Source: Podarcis melisellensis (Eukaryota). From it: a stretch of 64,000 nucleotides of DNA. The position numbers were made by a program, and so were the translations under genes. A model generated the notes under the pieces. The model was not told the DNA's origin, did not search any database, and worked only from the letters and a program-made list of their open reading frames with translations. The stretch lies in the NCBI GenBank assembly GCA_964234715.1, contig OZ174278.1; one strand, 5' to 3'. Shown here one piece after another: positions 25,301 through 36,389 of the stretch (positions within the stretch are counted from its first letter, which is position 1; each line of letters begins with the position of its first letter).

Positions 25301-27398
25301 TAGGAAACGTCTTCTCACTATTGATTATCTTGACAGGGAGAAGTGTTTGAATTAGGAAGCCATTGAAAATGCACCCAATACTATAACAGTTAAACTATCT
25401 GTAAAATTTGTTTGCAAATTGGAAAAAAATAATATTTCAGATGCCATCAGTGAGAAGTTGTATCTAGTTTATTTGTCAATACTTCTGGCCATTTAAATCA
25501 TTACAGTTGGTACCTCAGAATTTCTCTACCTTCTGGCACATAACTGTCATAATTCCAGTACAGGCTCTTACAGTGACAGATAAGTGATGTGCCCAAGGAA
25601 TTTCCACACCCTGAATGTTCTCTAGCTGCTTTAATGGACCCCAGAGGCTGCAGACATCTTAAAGCTCTTAAGACTTCTATAAATCGCATGTGGGATCCTT
25701 GCCAGAGCAGTTCAGAATTTGCTGGTTGCAAATATTGCTTGAAGCTTTCTGCGCTGAGCTTTCCCTGCATCACCCATCTTGTTCTTAATAGCTTGGCTAC
25801 ATTGTAAATAAGCTATGCAAATTAATTTCACCATTTCAGTGAACTTTCGTGGGTCTCCATCACACAAATATATAATGTCACATTTCTCAAAGCTGTTTCT
25901 TCTATATTTGGGGAAGGTACTTCTGACAAATATTTCTGTATCAATTACGCTTGATTATATTTAAAACAAAACTGTTTTCTTATGATAGTAACTGGGAGAA
26001 AAAGCAGCAGCCTGGGAAGACATTTGCTCTGCCCTGTAAATGCCCATTCACCCATCTCTATGGAATAAAGATCTGCTTCTCTCCTATAGTTCAAAACAAT
26101 AATTTGTTTATCACTTTGAAAAATCAAGGTCAATATACTCAGTTCTTCTCTTAACAAAGTTTTCTTAATTTATAACATTTGACAAATATATTGGGAGAAC
26201 TGAGATTTAGGCTGCAATCCTAAACCCACTTTCCTAGAACTAAGCCTCCTTGAATTTAAAAGGACTTACTTCTGAGTAGATAAATTTAGAATTGAGTGGT
26301 TAATCCCACTGAAATTATTGGAATTTAAGTTAGTCGTGGTTATCTTAACTCCCAGGTCTATGCAGAGTTTATTTGAGGCTCATGGCAGGTGAATGGGAGC
26401 CTTGTTATATTGTACAAGACTGCAGGGTGAGAGGGGGAAATACCTGAAATCATGTAGGGAACCTTGCAACACAATTCATTCTGTATAAAACACACCCTTT
26501 GGAGAAGCATTTTTGGGAGTGCTGGGCAGCAGAGGGAAATAGAGAGATTTGCCTCCCATTCATACAACCATGAGATAAAACCTATTATTTACTAGCTTTA
26601 TTTAAATCAATTTTTAATAAATAGAGTTTATTGGGGAATGGGCAGCCAACACTCAATGTAAGGTTGCTGGAAGACCCTTCTGTTAGGTAATGAAGGTGAG
26701 AGTGGTAAATACATTTTCAGCAAGTGGGAGAAGGGAAATAGTAGCACAAGGCACATTTAATTTTCAGTAGCAATATTATGCTCCATCCCCTTTCAACAGC
26801 AGCTCCTGCTTGCTTCAGGCAGAGATTTGAAGGCTGGCTTTATTCCAGCATGTTGAAAAGGAGCTGTTGCCTATACAAATCTGCATAATAGCAATCTTCA
26901 TCATTAGTAGTTTTTATATTTTTCTCCGTTTCTCAAGTAATGATTCATAATGAGTGGAAATGAGCTGGATAGTTCATTGGTGAGCTTGAATATTGATTAA
27001 CTGAAGCCCTAAAACAGCATCTTCTGACTGTGTCTATTTTATTGTTTATTTGTTTGTTCTTATCAATACTGGATTTTGTGGCAAAAAAAGATATATTACA
27101 GCACAATACTTGGGTTTTGATTTTGATTGGTCCCGTGCCATTGCTTATAGCATCCCAGTATGCATTATACTTCCTTCAGGGGAGGCTCCTCATGGGCCAA
27201 GTGGGGTGTAGCCCTGCCAACATTTCCCCCCCCCCAAAAAAAAAACCCCTCCAAAGTCATAAAAATCACTAACAGTAGGTCCCTTCTCTATCTCTAAGGA
27301 GAGGAAACAGTTAAAAAAACCCCACCCAAGCATAGAAAGAGTGAGGGAGTCAGGCCAGGAGGATTCCTATCTCTTCTCCTGGCTTCTCTCTCTCTCTC

Positions 27399-28046
27399 TG
27401 TCAGAAGCCACGCCTGGGGGAGATTTAAACAATACTTTGTCTCCCTAAAGCCCTGAGTGAGCTGGGCTGTTCTTGCATAGCCCCAAGCTGTTTACTTGTC
27501 CTGCTTTGCCAAAAATGCTTGTGAGAAATCCACTCCCCTTCCCTGAGAGGTGGTGTTGCAGACTGGCATCCGGGACCCCCCAGTGACTCGGATTGGGTCT
27601 GAGGGATGCCACCCATGTCACCAAGACTCCGGCTGCATCACACCCCCGGCTGACCAATCTGGGTGGCTGGGGGGGGGGCTGGCCGCAGGACGTTTAAACT
27701 GCTGCACGGCTGGGGGGGGGTGGCTTCCTTTTGCCTCATTACTTTTGACCGGGAGGCCTTGTTTCGCAATGGTGGTGTTCACCTTTTTGATATGGGAAAT
27801 GATATTTGGCCATTTGATATCATGGAGGGCATTTGAGATTGATTGCAGTTGTGAGGGTGTTGGCGATGAGGCATTGGGTACGCTTTTGTGATGGGAGGAG
27901 TCTGGTTTCACCCAATGCCTAAGCCAAACCGCTCACATCTGTAACCAATAAAGTTGTGGCCTATTTTTGCCCATTAACCTAAATTATCCATGTCTCTGTG
28001 TGTTTATTATATAAGGGAACTACAGGGCCTGGGGCCTTGCTGTGCA
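27399..28046 (+). mobile_element. LTR-like terminal repeat (solo LTR or DIRS/Ngaro-type repeat)
   Basis: GC-rich block beginning TGTCAG, containing AATAAAGTTGTGGCC followed by a GT-rich tract. No clear TSD; boundaries approximate. Confidence 0.5.
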
Positions 28047-28212
28047 AATGATGGGCCTTTGCTTGTATTGGGAACCTGATTCTCTGATGGGGAAGATGGA
28101 ATACTGTTGAGGGCTTCTGTTGAAATTACAAGCTATCCTATAGCACTTCCTTTGCACACCCCCCCCAAAAAATATTTTTGTTTATGTGTTTTAACTTACT
28201 GTTCAGCTAAGC

Positions 28213-28348
28213 CACACATGGCCAAACTTGGCCCTTCAGATGTTTTGGGACTACAACTCCCATCATCCCTAGATAACTGGACCAGTGGTTGGGGATGATG
28301 GGAATTGTAATCCCAAAACATCTGAAGGGCTAAGTTTGGCCCTGCCTA
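28213..28348. mobile_element. Palindromic hAT MITE
   Basis: Arms 28220-28269 and 28292-28341 are near-perfect inverted repeats (GGACTACAACTCCCATCATCCC family). 8-bp TSD AGCTAAGC/GGCTAAGC. Confidence 0.88.
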
Positions 28349-28506
28349 GGCTAAGCCTTCTAAGAGAAAACCCATTGAAAGTAATAAACCTAAGTGAATC
28401 ATGCCTATTAACTTCAAGTGCTTACTCTGAATAGAACTAGCATTTAATACCACCCATTTATGCCAGAGTACGTATTTATTGATAGGGGGGGGGGGAATAA
28501 ATGGCA

Positions 28507-28593
28507 GGCCTGAAAAGCGAGATGTGTGCTGCACCCCATAGTCGTCTTTGACTGGACTTAACCGTCCAGGGGTCCTTTACCTTTTACCTTACC
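28507..28593 (+). mobile_element. 5'-truncated Sauria SINE tail
   Basis: GCGAGATG...CCCCATAGTC...GACTGGACTTAACCGTCCAGGGGTCCTTTACCTTTTACC matches the 3' part of the copy at 16256. Confidence 0.8.
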
Positions 28594-29638
28594 TGAATTC
28601 AAATCTTTACTCTGCCATGAAGCTCACTATATGACACTGGGGCAATTGCTATGGTTCCATTTTGGTGAACAATGCATGCTGCCTGCAAACCTCTGTCCAC
28701 TTAAATGAGAGCAAGTTGCATTGGGCCCCTCCTTCATGGAGCAGGGAAACAAGCTCCAGTGGCTGACTTCGCATAACAACAAAACTACTCACAAGGAATG
28801 AGGAGAGGGACCCATGTGATGTCATAGGTCCACTGGATCTAGGTTCTACCAGTTCCCAGTTACTTCCTTGCATTAAGGGTTGATTCATGTTTTATGCCCT
28901 TTAATCATCAGTGTGTGCAGTGTAAGCCCTGCAAGGTGTGAAGGGAAGGTTCAAGAACAATGGCAATTTGAAACAGCCCTTGGACTTTGGAACTGCTGGA
29001 GTGTTACACTGCAAGTTTACTTCCCCCCAATGAATGAGTCTTGTTCTAGAAATGGCTACAAACACACAGCTTCTGGACATTCCTGGAAGTATCAGCACCA
29101 GCAGCTTTTATTACAGGCCTGACTAGCTGTCCATTCTGATGAACTGAATAGAAATAAAAGATGAGAAAAAACACTCTGAGACTGTCAGTGTCACAAAATG
29201 TCAAATCTTTCCAGAAAAAAAGTGCGGTAGAGAAATCTATACATGTATTTGTCTTAAAGTGCATGTTTTCAGGCTGTAGCAGCCCTTTTCAAAGAACATT
29301 CCTTATGTGTTAAGTGTGGGGGAGCAATGAGACCACACTGGGCAGTCATGCCGCCCATATCAATGTGTGCCACTCTGGTGTGCTCCCTGGGTATCCTATT
29401 GAGTTAAATGTATGAAAGGGGCTCTCTACACATATCACTGAGTAGCTCATTTCTGCAGAAAGTCTACATGTGCCCAAAGACAGCAAGGAGCAACGAGTGA
29501 GTCATTGCAGTAAACCAAGAAAGAGACCCATTTTTTTTTCTGCAGCCAGCATTGACCCTAGTGTGTGCCAGCCAAGTGGGAATTGGTTGCATATCGATAG
29601 CTAACTGACTCCCACAGAGCTCTCTGCCATATCTAATA

Positions 29639-29837
29639 CAGTCATACCTCATGTTGCATTAGGTTCATGTTGCGTCTTTTCGGCTTGCGAACATGGCAAA
29701 CCCGGAAGTGTATACTTCTGGGTTTCGCCGTGTGTGCAGAAGTGTTCTGCGCGCTTTGCATATGCACAGAAGCACTGCTCTAGTTGTGGCCTTTCTGGGG
29801 TGCACATGGATTGTGTCCACAACTAGTGGTACCACTG
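29639..29837. mobile_element. pogo/Tigger-like (Tc1-mariner superfamily) MITE
   Basis: TA|CAGTCATACCTC ... GGTACCACTG|TA termini with TA TSD. Confidence 0.75.
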
Positions 29838-30556
29838 TATAGGCACCTTTAATCTGCCACCAATCATCCCTTGCAAGTGAACGGCTTCAATCCAGTAAGC
29901 ATATGCTGCCTCAAATAAAATAAGTACCCTTTTGGCATTTCCCGAAAGATTCAAGCTCATCCCTTCAAGGACAAGATCACCTTATTAAAATAAGAGTTGA
30001 CTGGCAGAGATACACTTGTGACTTTGCTTTAGCCCTATGGCATGAAACCTCATGAGTATGAATCAAGATGACCCACGAAAACTCATCTGCCTACACAATG
30101 ACACTGCTGTTTCATTTCTCCTTCCTTGTCATACCGTTTGTTCCTCTCCAAGCAATATAGCCCCTTCCTAGGGGTTTTAGTTCCCCACCGGCAGTGATGT
30201 CAGGCTGGAGATCAGGATGACAATGAGAGTTTAGAAAGAGAAATATATCTTATATAAAGTATGTGTAATTGTCCACAGTCCTTTTATATATATTTCTTTA
30301 CCTAATTACTTAAAAGGCAATATTTTTAACTAAGTATCCAACGACACGAACTAATTCTGTGATATTGTAAGAGCAACTATTTAGCATTAACAATTCTTGT
30401 CTTATTTTGCTTTCCGCCCCGCTTCTTCCCTTCTCCATTTCTCCTTGCTGTGTTGGGCTTTTAGGTAAGCTTGAAGGCAGGGACTGTCTCATTTTAACCG
30501 AGTGTATACTAACCATTCTGGAAGCCTTTCTATGTTGGAGAGCAAGGTACAAATAC

Positions 30557-30634
30557 AGGAAGGAAGGAAGGAAGGAAGGAAGGAAGGAAGGAAGGAAGGA
30601 AGGAAGGAAGGAAGGAAGGAAGGAAGGAAGGAAG
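30557..30634. repeat. (GGAA)n microsatellite
   Basis: About 19 perfect units. Confidence 0.97.
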
Positions 30635-32977
30635 ATATATCCTCATTAATAAGAAATTACACACCATTTAGAAGGGCAGGAATTTACATGCAACTTTTCT
30701 TATGCTTGTAAAGTGACTAATTTGTTAAGTGAAGTAAGGTTAGAAATAAGGAAATGAGGTCAATTGGCTTAGATGCTATAACAGAGGAAATGCAGCCAAG
30801 AAGTATACCCAAGCCCCCTAAATCTCCTTCCCCGCCTTTTTTCCCCTGAAGGCTCTCCTGTGCCTTCACAAGCTATCCATCAGAAACCCCAGTGTGCAAT
30901 TGAGAAAAATTCTCTCTCTCTCCCCTCCCCAACTCTTAAACAATTTTCACTCATCTCCTTTCACCTGCCACTTCTAACCTCTTGGCCTACCTGAATTATA
31001 AGTGCTTCAAGGCAGAAGCCAGGCATACAAGTACTTATATATATATTTAATCTCCTCCTCTGACGGTGACCTATTTTTTTCAAAATAAAGCAAAACAGAA
31101 CAAAACAAAACAAAATACTTAACACAGTTTATTCTAAACAATTTGGGCCTTTAATGCAGTAAACGTCAGAATTCTATGAACAGGGACATTATTTTTCTGT
31201 TTATACTCAAAAGTCAGTTACATGAAAAGCGGGGAACTCTCTGTATTTACTTATGCTTTCAATAAATGTCGGCACAATTACTTTGAATTATTTCTTTACA
31301 TTCTCAAGAATCATTTTCAAATCATGAATATCAGCAAGGGGAAAGGTTGGCTTTACAGTATTTAACAGTACCACTATCAACTCAGCATCAACTTCACTAT
31401 AATTGATTTCAAGTATTTTCATAGGTGTAAAAGTACTGAAATGAGGCAGCTTGTTTGGAGGGTGTCATGAGGATGAAGGGGGTTCTGTACTATTTAGGTG
31501 TAGATGCTGCTATAAAAATGTTACGCTAAATAGCGCTCTCTGTTGAAAATGGTGTTTGATTTTTTGATTTACAGCAACAGTTCTGCTCATCATCACACAA
31601 ACACACACTCAGAGCTCATTACTTTTCACACTATTATAATTATCAGCTCTTTTACATCTTCAGACTTTATTGGAGGTGTCTGGAAGGATATTCTATTTTG
31701 CATGCACAGCTGGTTATTTCACACTGATGTTACTTCTCCCCCAGTAAAGAAAGATGTGCTCTGTTGGCTGTACAGATATGGGGCGGAAATCTTGTTCACC
31801 ACGTTTTATATTAATGTAGTGTTATTAGGAAGGTCACAAAGGACATTTAACAAAACAGGCTCAATTATATAGTTAATACTATATAAAGATATATTTATTT
31901 TTAAGTGATCATTTTGTATGCTATTATCTTTGCTGATTGCTAACAACTGCAGTGTTAAATTTTGATTAGGTAGCTTAGTTTTTTGTTTAATACTTTCATT
32001 TCCAAACTGAGCTCAATATACAAAGATTTCTTGATGCATGCATATGATAATTAAAGGACCAAAATGGTGCCAATATAAACAGCTTTATGGTTTTTTATAG
32101 TTTATAAAGCAGCTGAAAATAAGTAGCTATAGTACAAAAATAAAATACAGTTCATTATACCAGGTTTCCATTCTGAGCACTGGTCAACACCTAGTTCTAT
32201 AAAAAACTTTGAGGGAGTTCAGTAATGAGCACTGCCCTCTCTTCTATTCTTTCCAAAGCAGGCTGTCAGCAAGCCTAACTCCCAGTCACCATTTCTTCCT
32301 CTACTGGCAGTTGGGACCAGTTTTTTGAACTGCCTGAGCTATGTCTCATATTGGATCCCTTGGAGGCTGAACAGCCGTATTGTCCACCAGTCATAGATCC
32401 CAAATTATTTCTAGTAAAAGTCCTAAATAGTCACTTTTGAGCTTTCCTCTTGCCCTCGTTGCCTTGGAATCCATTCTCTGATGAAAAATATTTTAGCATT
32501 CTCTTTTCTTTTTAATGAGATCGTAAGCAGTGGTGAAGTATGTTCACTGGAAACATGAGAGGCACTGCCAGGTTCTCCTTACCTGGAAAAGATGCTACTG
32601 AGCTGACAAGCAGGAAGCAGAAGTTGCACTATTTTCTGTGCTTTAAAAATCAGTCTGGGAGACAGAGGAAACTGCAAATCCCATGCTCCTGGTAGGAAAT
32701 TGTGTTTCTCAGTTTGCAGAGGAATTCCACTTGCGGGTAAGGTTTCTTATATTGCTACTAAACTGTCCTTCCCTGGTTACTGCATTTCCATTTTCTAAGT
32801 AAAGGTCATGTTATTTACAAAAAAAGAGTGCACAACATGCTACCAAGGTGAAGATATGAATGCGATTGTAAGAAAGATTGGAATTTGGGGGGCTCTAGAC
32901 TCTCTTATATCCAAAAAGGCCCCCTATTTTTGAATGAAGTCCATTATAACCTACAGGCTTCCAATGCAGGGGCATAA

Positions 32978-33185
32978 AATCATAGAATTGGAAGGGACCC
33001 CTGGGGTCATCTAGTCTAACCCCCACAATGCAGGAAACTCAACTAGATCATACATGACAGATGGCCATCTAACCTCTCCTTAAAAATCTCCAGTGAAGGG
33101 GAGTCCACCACCTTACTGTCAGGAAGTTCTTCCTGATGTTTAGTCGGAATCTCCTTTCTTGTAACTTGAATCCATTGTTACAGAT
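32978..33185 (-). mobile_element. CR1 3' end fragment
   Basis: ATCATAGAATTGGAAGGGACC...GTCATCTAGTC. The reverse ORF contains NGFKLQERRFRLNIRKNFLTVR, a CR1 ORF2 C-terminal motif. Confidence 0.85.
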
Positions 33186-34101
33186 CAGAGCAGGAGGCAG
33201 TATTAGCTTAGTCTCATCTCGCCAAGTGAAACAGTTAAATCGTATGCCTGTCTGCTCAGAAGTATGTCTCATACAACTCAATGGACCTTAGTAGGAATAG
33301 GATGAGTAGTATCTTTTCAGTGTGACACGTGGAAGATGCATGTGAGAATGTTATGCTGCATCACAAAATGCCTCAAACACACATTAGATAGCTGACAACC
33401 GGGGCAGCTCATAGCCATGAAAGGTATTAAACCAGTTAAAAATACCATGGCCTATGGTACCAAAGGCAAGTCATAGGTTTAAATATAAAAGTCCACTGGA
33501 GAATGCAAGGCATTTGCACCCTTCTCACTTCCCCTGGCTTTTTGAACTAGTGTGTCAGTCAAGAGTAACCATATTCCAAATATTTTTGTCCACAGTTGGT
33601 AATCTGTAAGCTTTTCTGAAGTGCTGGAGTTGTTACTGATTGATTTTTCGTTTCATTTCTATACTGCACTTCCTTCCATAGAACTGAAAAAAGGTCCACT
33701 GAGACTTCACAGAGGCAATGCTGGAAAAGAAAGCCATTGCTGCATCTGCCACAGATACAGGATAGGATTTTAAATGCTGCATTGAATCAGATTTATTTTG
33801 AACATTTCTATGCTGCCCTTCCTTGGTAGTATCAGGGCAGTGCACTACAATATAAACACATTGTTCATAAAAACAACACATTGCAACATATACAACAATC
33901 ACAGTAAAACCAGCCAATTCTACTAAAGGGCTTGGTATTAATAACCAGCAAATGCCTGGGGAAATAGAAATGTATTTAGGATGTGTTGAAAGTATGTTGA
34001 GGTAATAATATGTTCCTCCTGTTGCTTCAGACAGGAAATGCCTCAAAAGAATCTCTGATCAACTTCTCCACTGGAGTGATAGTTCACCAAGCTTGCAAGT
34101 A

Positions 34102-34351
34102 CAGTCGTACCTTGGAAGTCGAACGGAATCCGTTCCGGAAGTCCGTTTGACTTCCAAAATGTTCAGAAAGCAAAGCGTGGCTTCTGATTGGCTGCAGGAG
34201 GGTCCTGCAGCCAATTGGAAGCCACAGAAGCCCCGTCGGACGTTCAGCTTCCATAAATAGTTCGCAAACCAGAACAGTCACTTCTGGGTTTGCGGTGATC
34301 GGGAGCCAAAATGTTTGAGAACTAAGCTGTTCGACTTCCAAGGTATGACTG
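34102..34351. mobile_element. pogo/Tigger-like MITE
   Basis: TIRs CAGTCGTACCTTGGAAGTCGAAC / GTTCGACTTCCAAGGTATGACTG (22/23 match). Left TA TSD intact. Confidence 0.88.
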
Positions 34352-35534
34352 GAAATGAAACATTCAGTGAGACAAACAACAAAACAAACATTGCACATAA
34401 TGACCACACAACACTCTCTGACCTCCTACGTCTAATCCACCCATCAACCAAATATGTCTTGCAATTCTGGGTGGTCCTTGGCCTCCTGAGAACACCCTTC
34501 GGTTGTTTCCAGTGGATGCTTCTCCAGTGAGGACTTGGTTTTGTGATTTAAGACCTGCATTCAAGGCACCTTTCTTGTTAAATAGTCTTTTATTACACTT
34601 TAATATTATTGGGAATATTTTTGCATACATCACCTATCCATTTCATACCTTGTAGAAATGTGTTTCTAAATAATGAGATTCAGGGGAGTGGTCATTCTTA
34701 GTTTTAACATGAACAGCAACATTTTATCATTCAAAGTACAGCGTGGTACACAACTGAGTAAACATATTTCAGAACAATTGTCATTTAGTAAAATGAAATA
34801 CTGCCATTGTTTGGTAATGCTCGCTTAACAGCTCTAAGATTAGACCACATCTCACTTTCCCCCAGTGGGCAGCATTTAAGAAGTGAGTAATAGGTCTGTC
34901 TGCCTTTGTCAAGTAATCCCAAATGTAAGTAATTTACAGGACGACATTAGAAGCTGCTACAAGCGACATATTGTAATATGTCATTGGAAATCAGCTTCCC
35001 TTTGCACGTTTGATCAACGGCCAGATGGAAGCTTTTATCACATTTATTTAATCTGAAATATACATAGTAATTACAGTGGACCTTTTGATTTGAGCCCTCA
35101 TTGCTGTCTCCAGAGAAATGGGGGAATGAGTCTGTCATTGTGGTATAGATGCAACCTGGTAAGGCAGAATTCTGATGTGCGTATCGTTCCCCAGTAGTCT
35201 GTTGACACAGGGATTATCAGTCCTGTTGGAAAGAAAAGCAGTAAGGGATATGAAAAGCCATGAACCAACAACTGTCCAGCTTTTTATTAGACATATTAAC
35301 AGCTTTTAGAAAACCAAAGAATAGCCTCAAACTTGGCAGGCTCATATAACCCCAAGAAAAACGATTAAGAGTGCATATTGAGTAGTATTTTACTTTTAGG
35401 CAATTAGAAAGAATGAGAAAGAAGAAAACAAGACTTTATGGTTCCCAGAAGGGAATTTCGTTAAAAACATAAAATACTTTCAAATATGCTTTAATTAAAT
35501 GATGACACTACTGGTTGTTTTCACTTTAGATATA

Positions 35535-35769
35535 CAGTGGTACCTCGGGTTAAGAACTTAATTTGTTCCGGAGGTCCGTTCTTAACCTGAAACTGTTCTT
35601 AACCTGACTTTAGCTAATGGGGCCTCCTGCTGCTGCCACGCCACCAGAGCACGATTTCTGTTCTCATCCTGAAGCAAAGTTCTTAACCTGAGGTACTATT
35701 TCTGGGTTAGCGGAGTCTGTAACCTGAAGCATCTGTAACCTGAAGCGTCTGTAACCCGAGGCACCACTG
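35535..35769. mobile_element. pogo/Tigger-like MITE
   Basis: TA|CAGTGGTACCTCGGGTTA ... TAACCCGAGGCACCACTG|TA, with internal TAACCTGA repeats. Confidence 0.9.
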
Positions 35770-36064
35770 TATAAAGCAAGTGCTGTGTCAAATAATTTAT
35801 CTTTTCCTCTCCATTTGGGATTTTTTTGCCCCACTGGAAGTTACAGGTGCCCTGTACCAGCTTGAAATATCTATACCTATAAATTCTGATAGGCATGAAG
35901 AATGGCAACTGTAATTTCCATTCTTTTCCCCTTACTGTTTTTGGAGTTAAATGGAGCTTAATCCCAGGTAAATGAGTAAAGGATTGAAGCCAGCAAATTA
36001 ATTTTACCTTCTTGGGCAGGGGAAATCTGCAGTTGGAAGCACCACACCATCCACAACCCTATTA

Positions 36065-36389
36065 AGGTAAAGGGACCCCTGAACATTAGGTCCAGTCGTG
36101 GCCGACTCTGGGGTTGCGGCGCTCATCTCGCTTTACTGGCCGAGGGAGCCAGCATACAGCTTCCGAGTCATGTGGCCAGCATGACTAAGCCGCTTCTGGC
36201 GAACAAGAGCAGCGCACGGATACGCCATTTACCTTCCCGCCGGAGCGGTACCTATTTATCTACTTGCACTTTGACGTGCTTTTGAACTGCTAGGTTGGCA
36301 GGAGCAGGGACCGAGCAATGGGAGCTCACCCCTTCTGATTGGCAAGTCCTAGGCTCTGTGGTTTAACCCACAGCTCCACCCGCGTCCCT
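36065..36389 (-). mobile_element. Sauria (POM-type) SINE with internal deletion
   Basis: Reverse complement of the copy at 59858. TSD ACAACCCTATTA (36053-36064, 36390-36401). Lacks the GGTTCGAATCC B-box segment. Confidence 0.93.
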
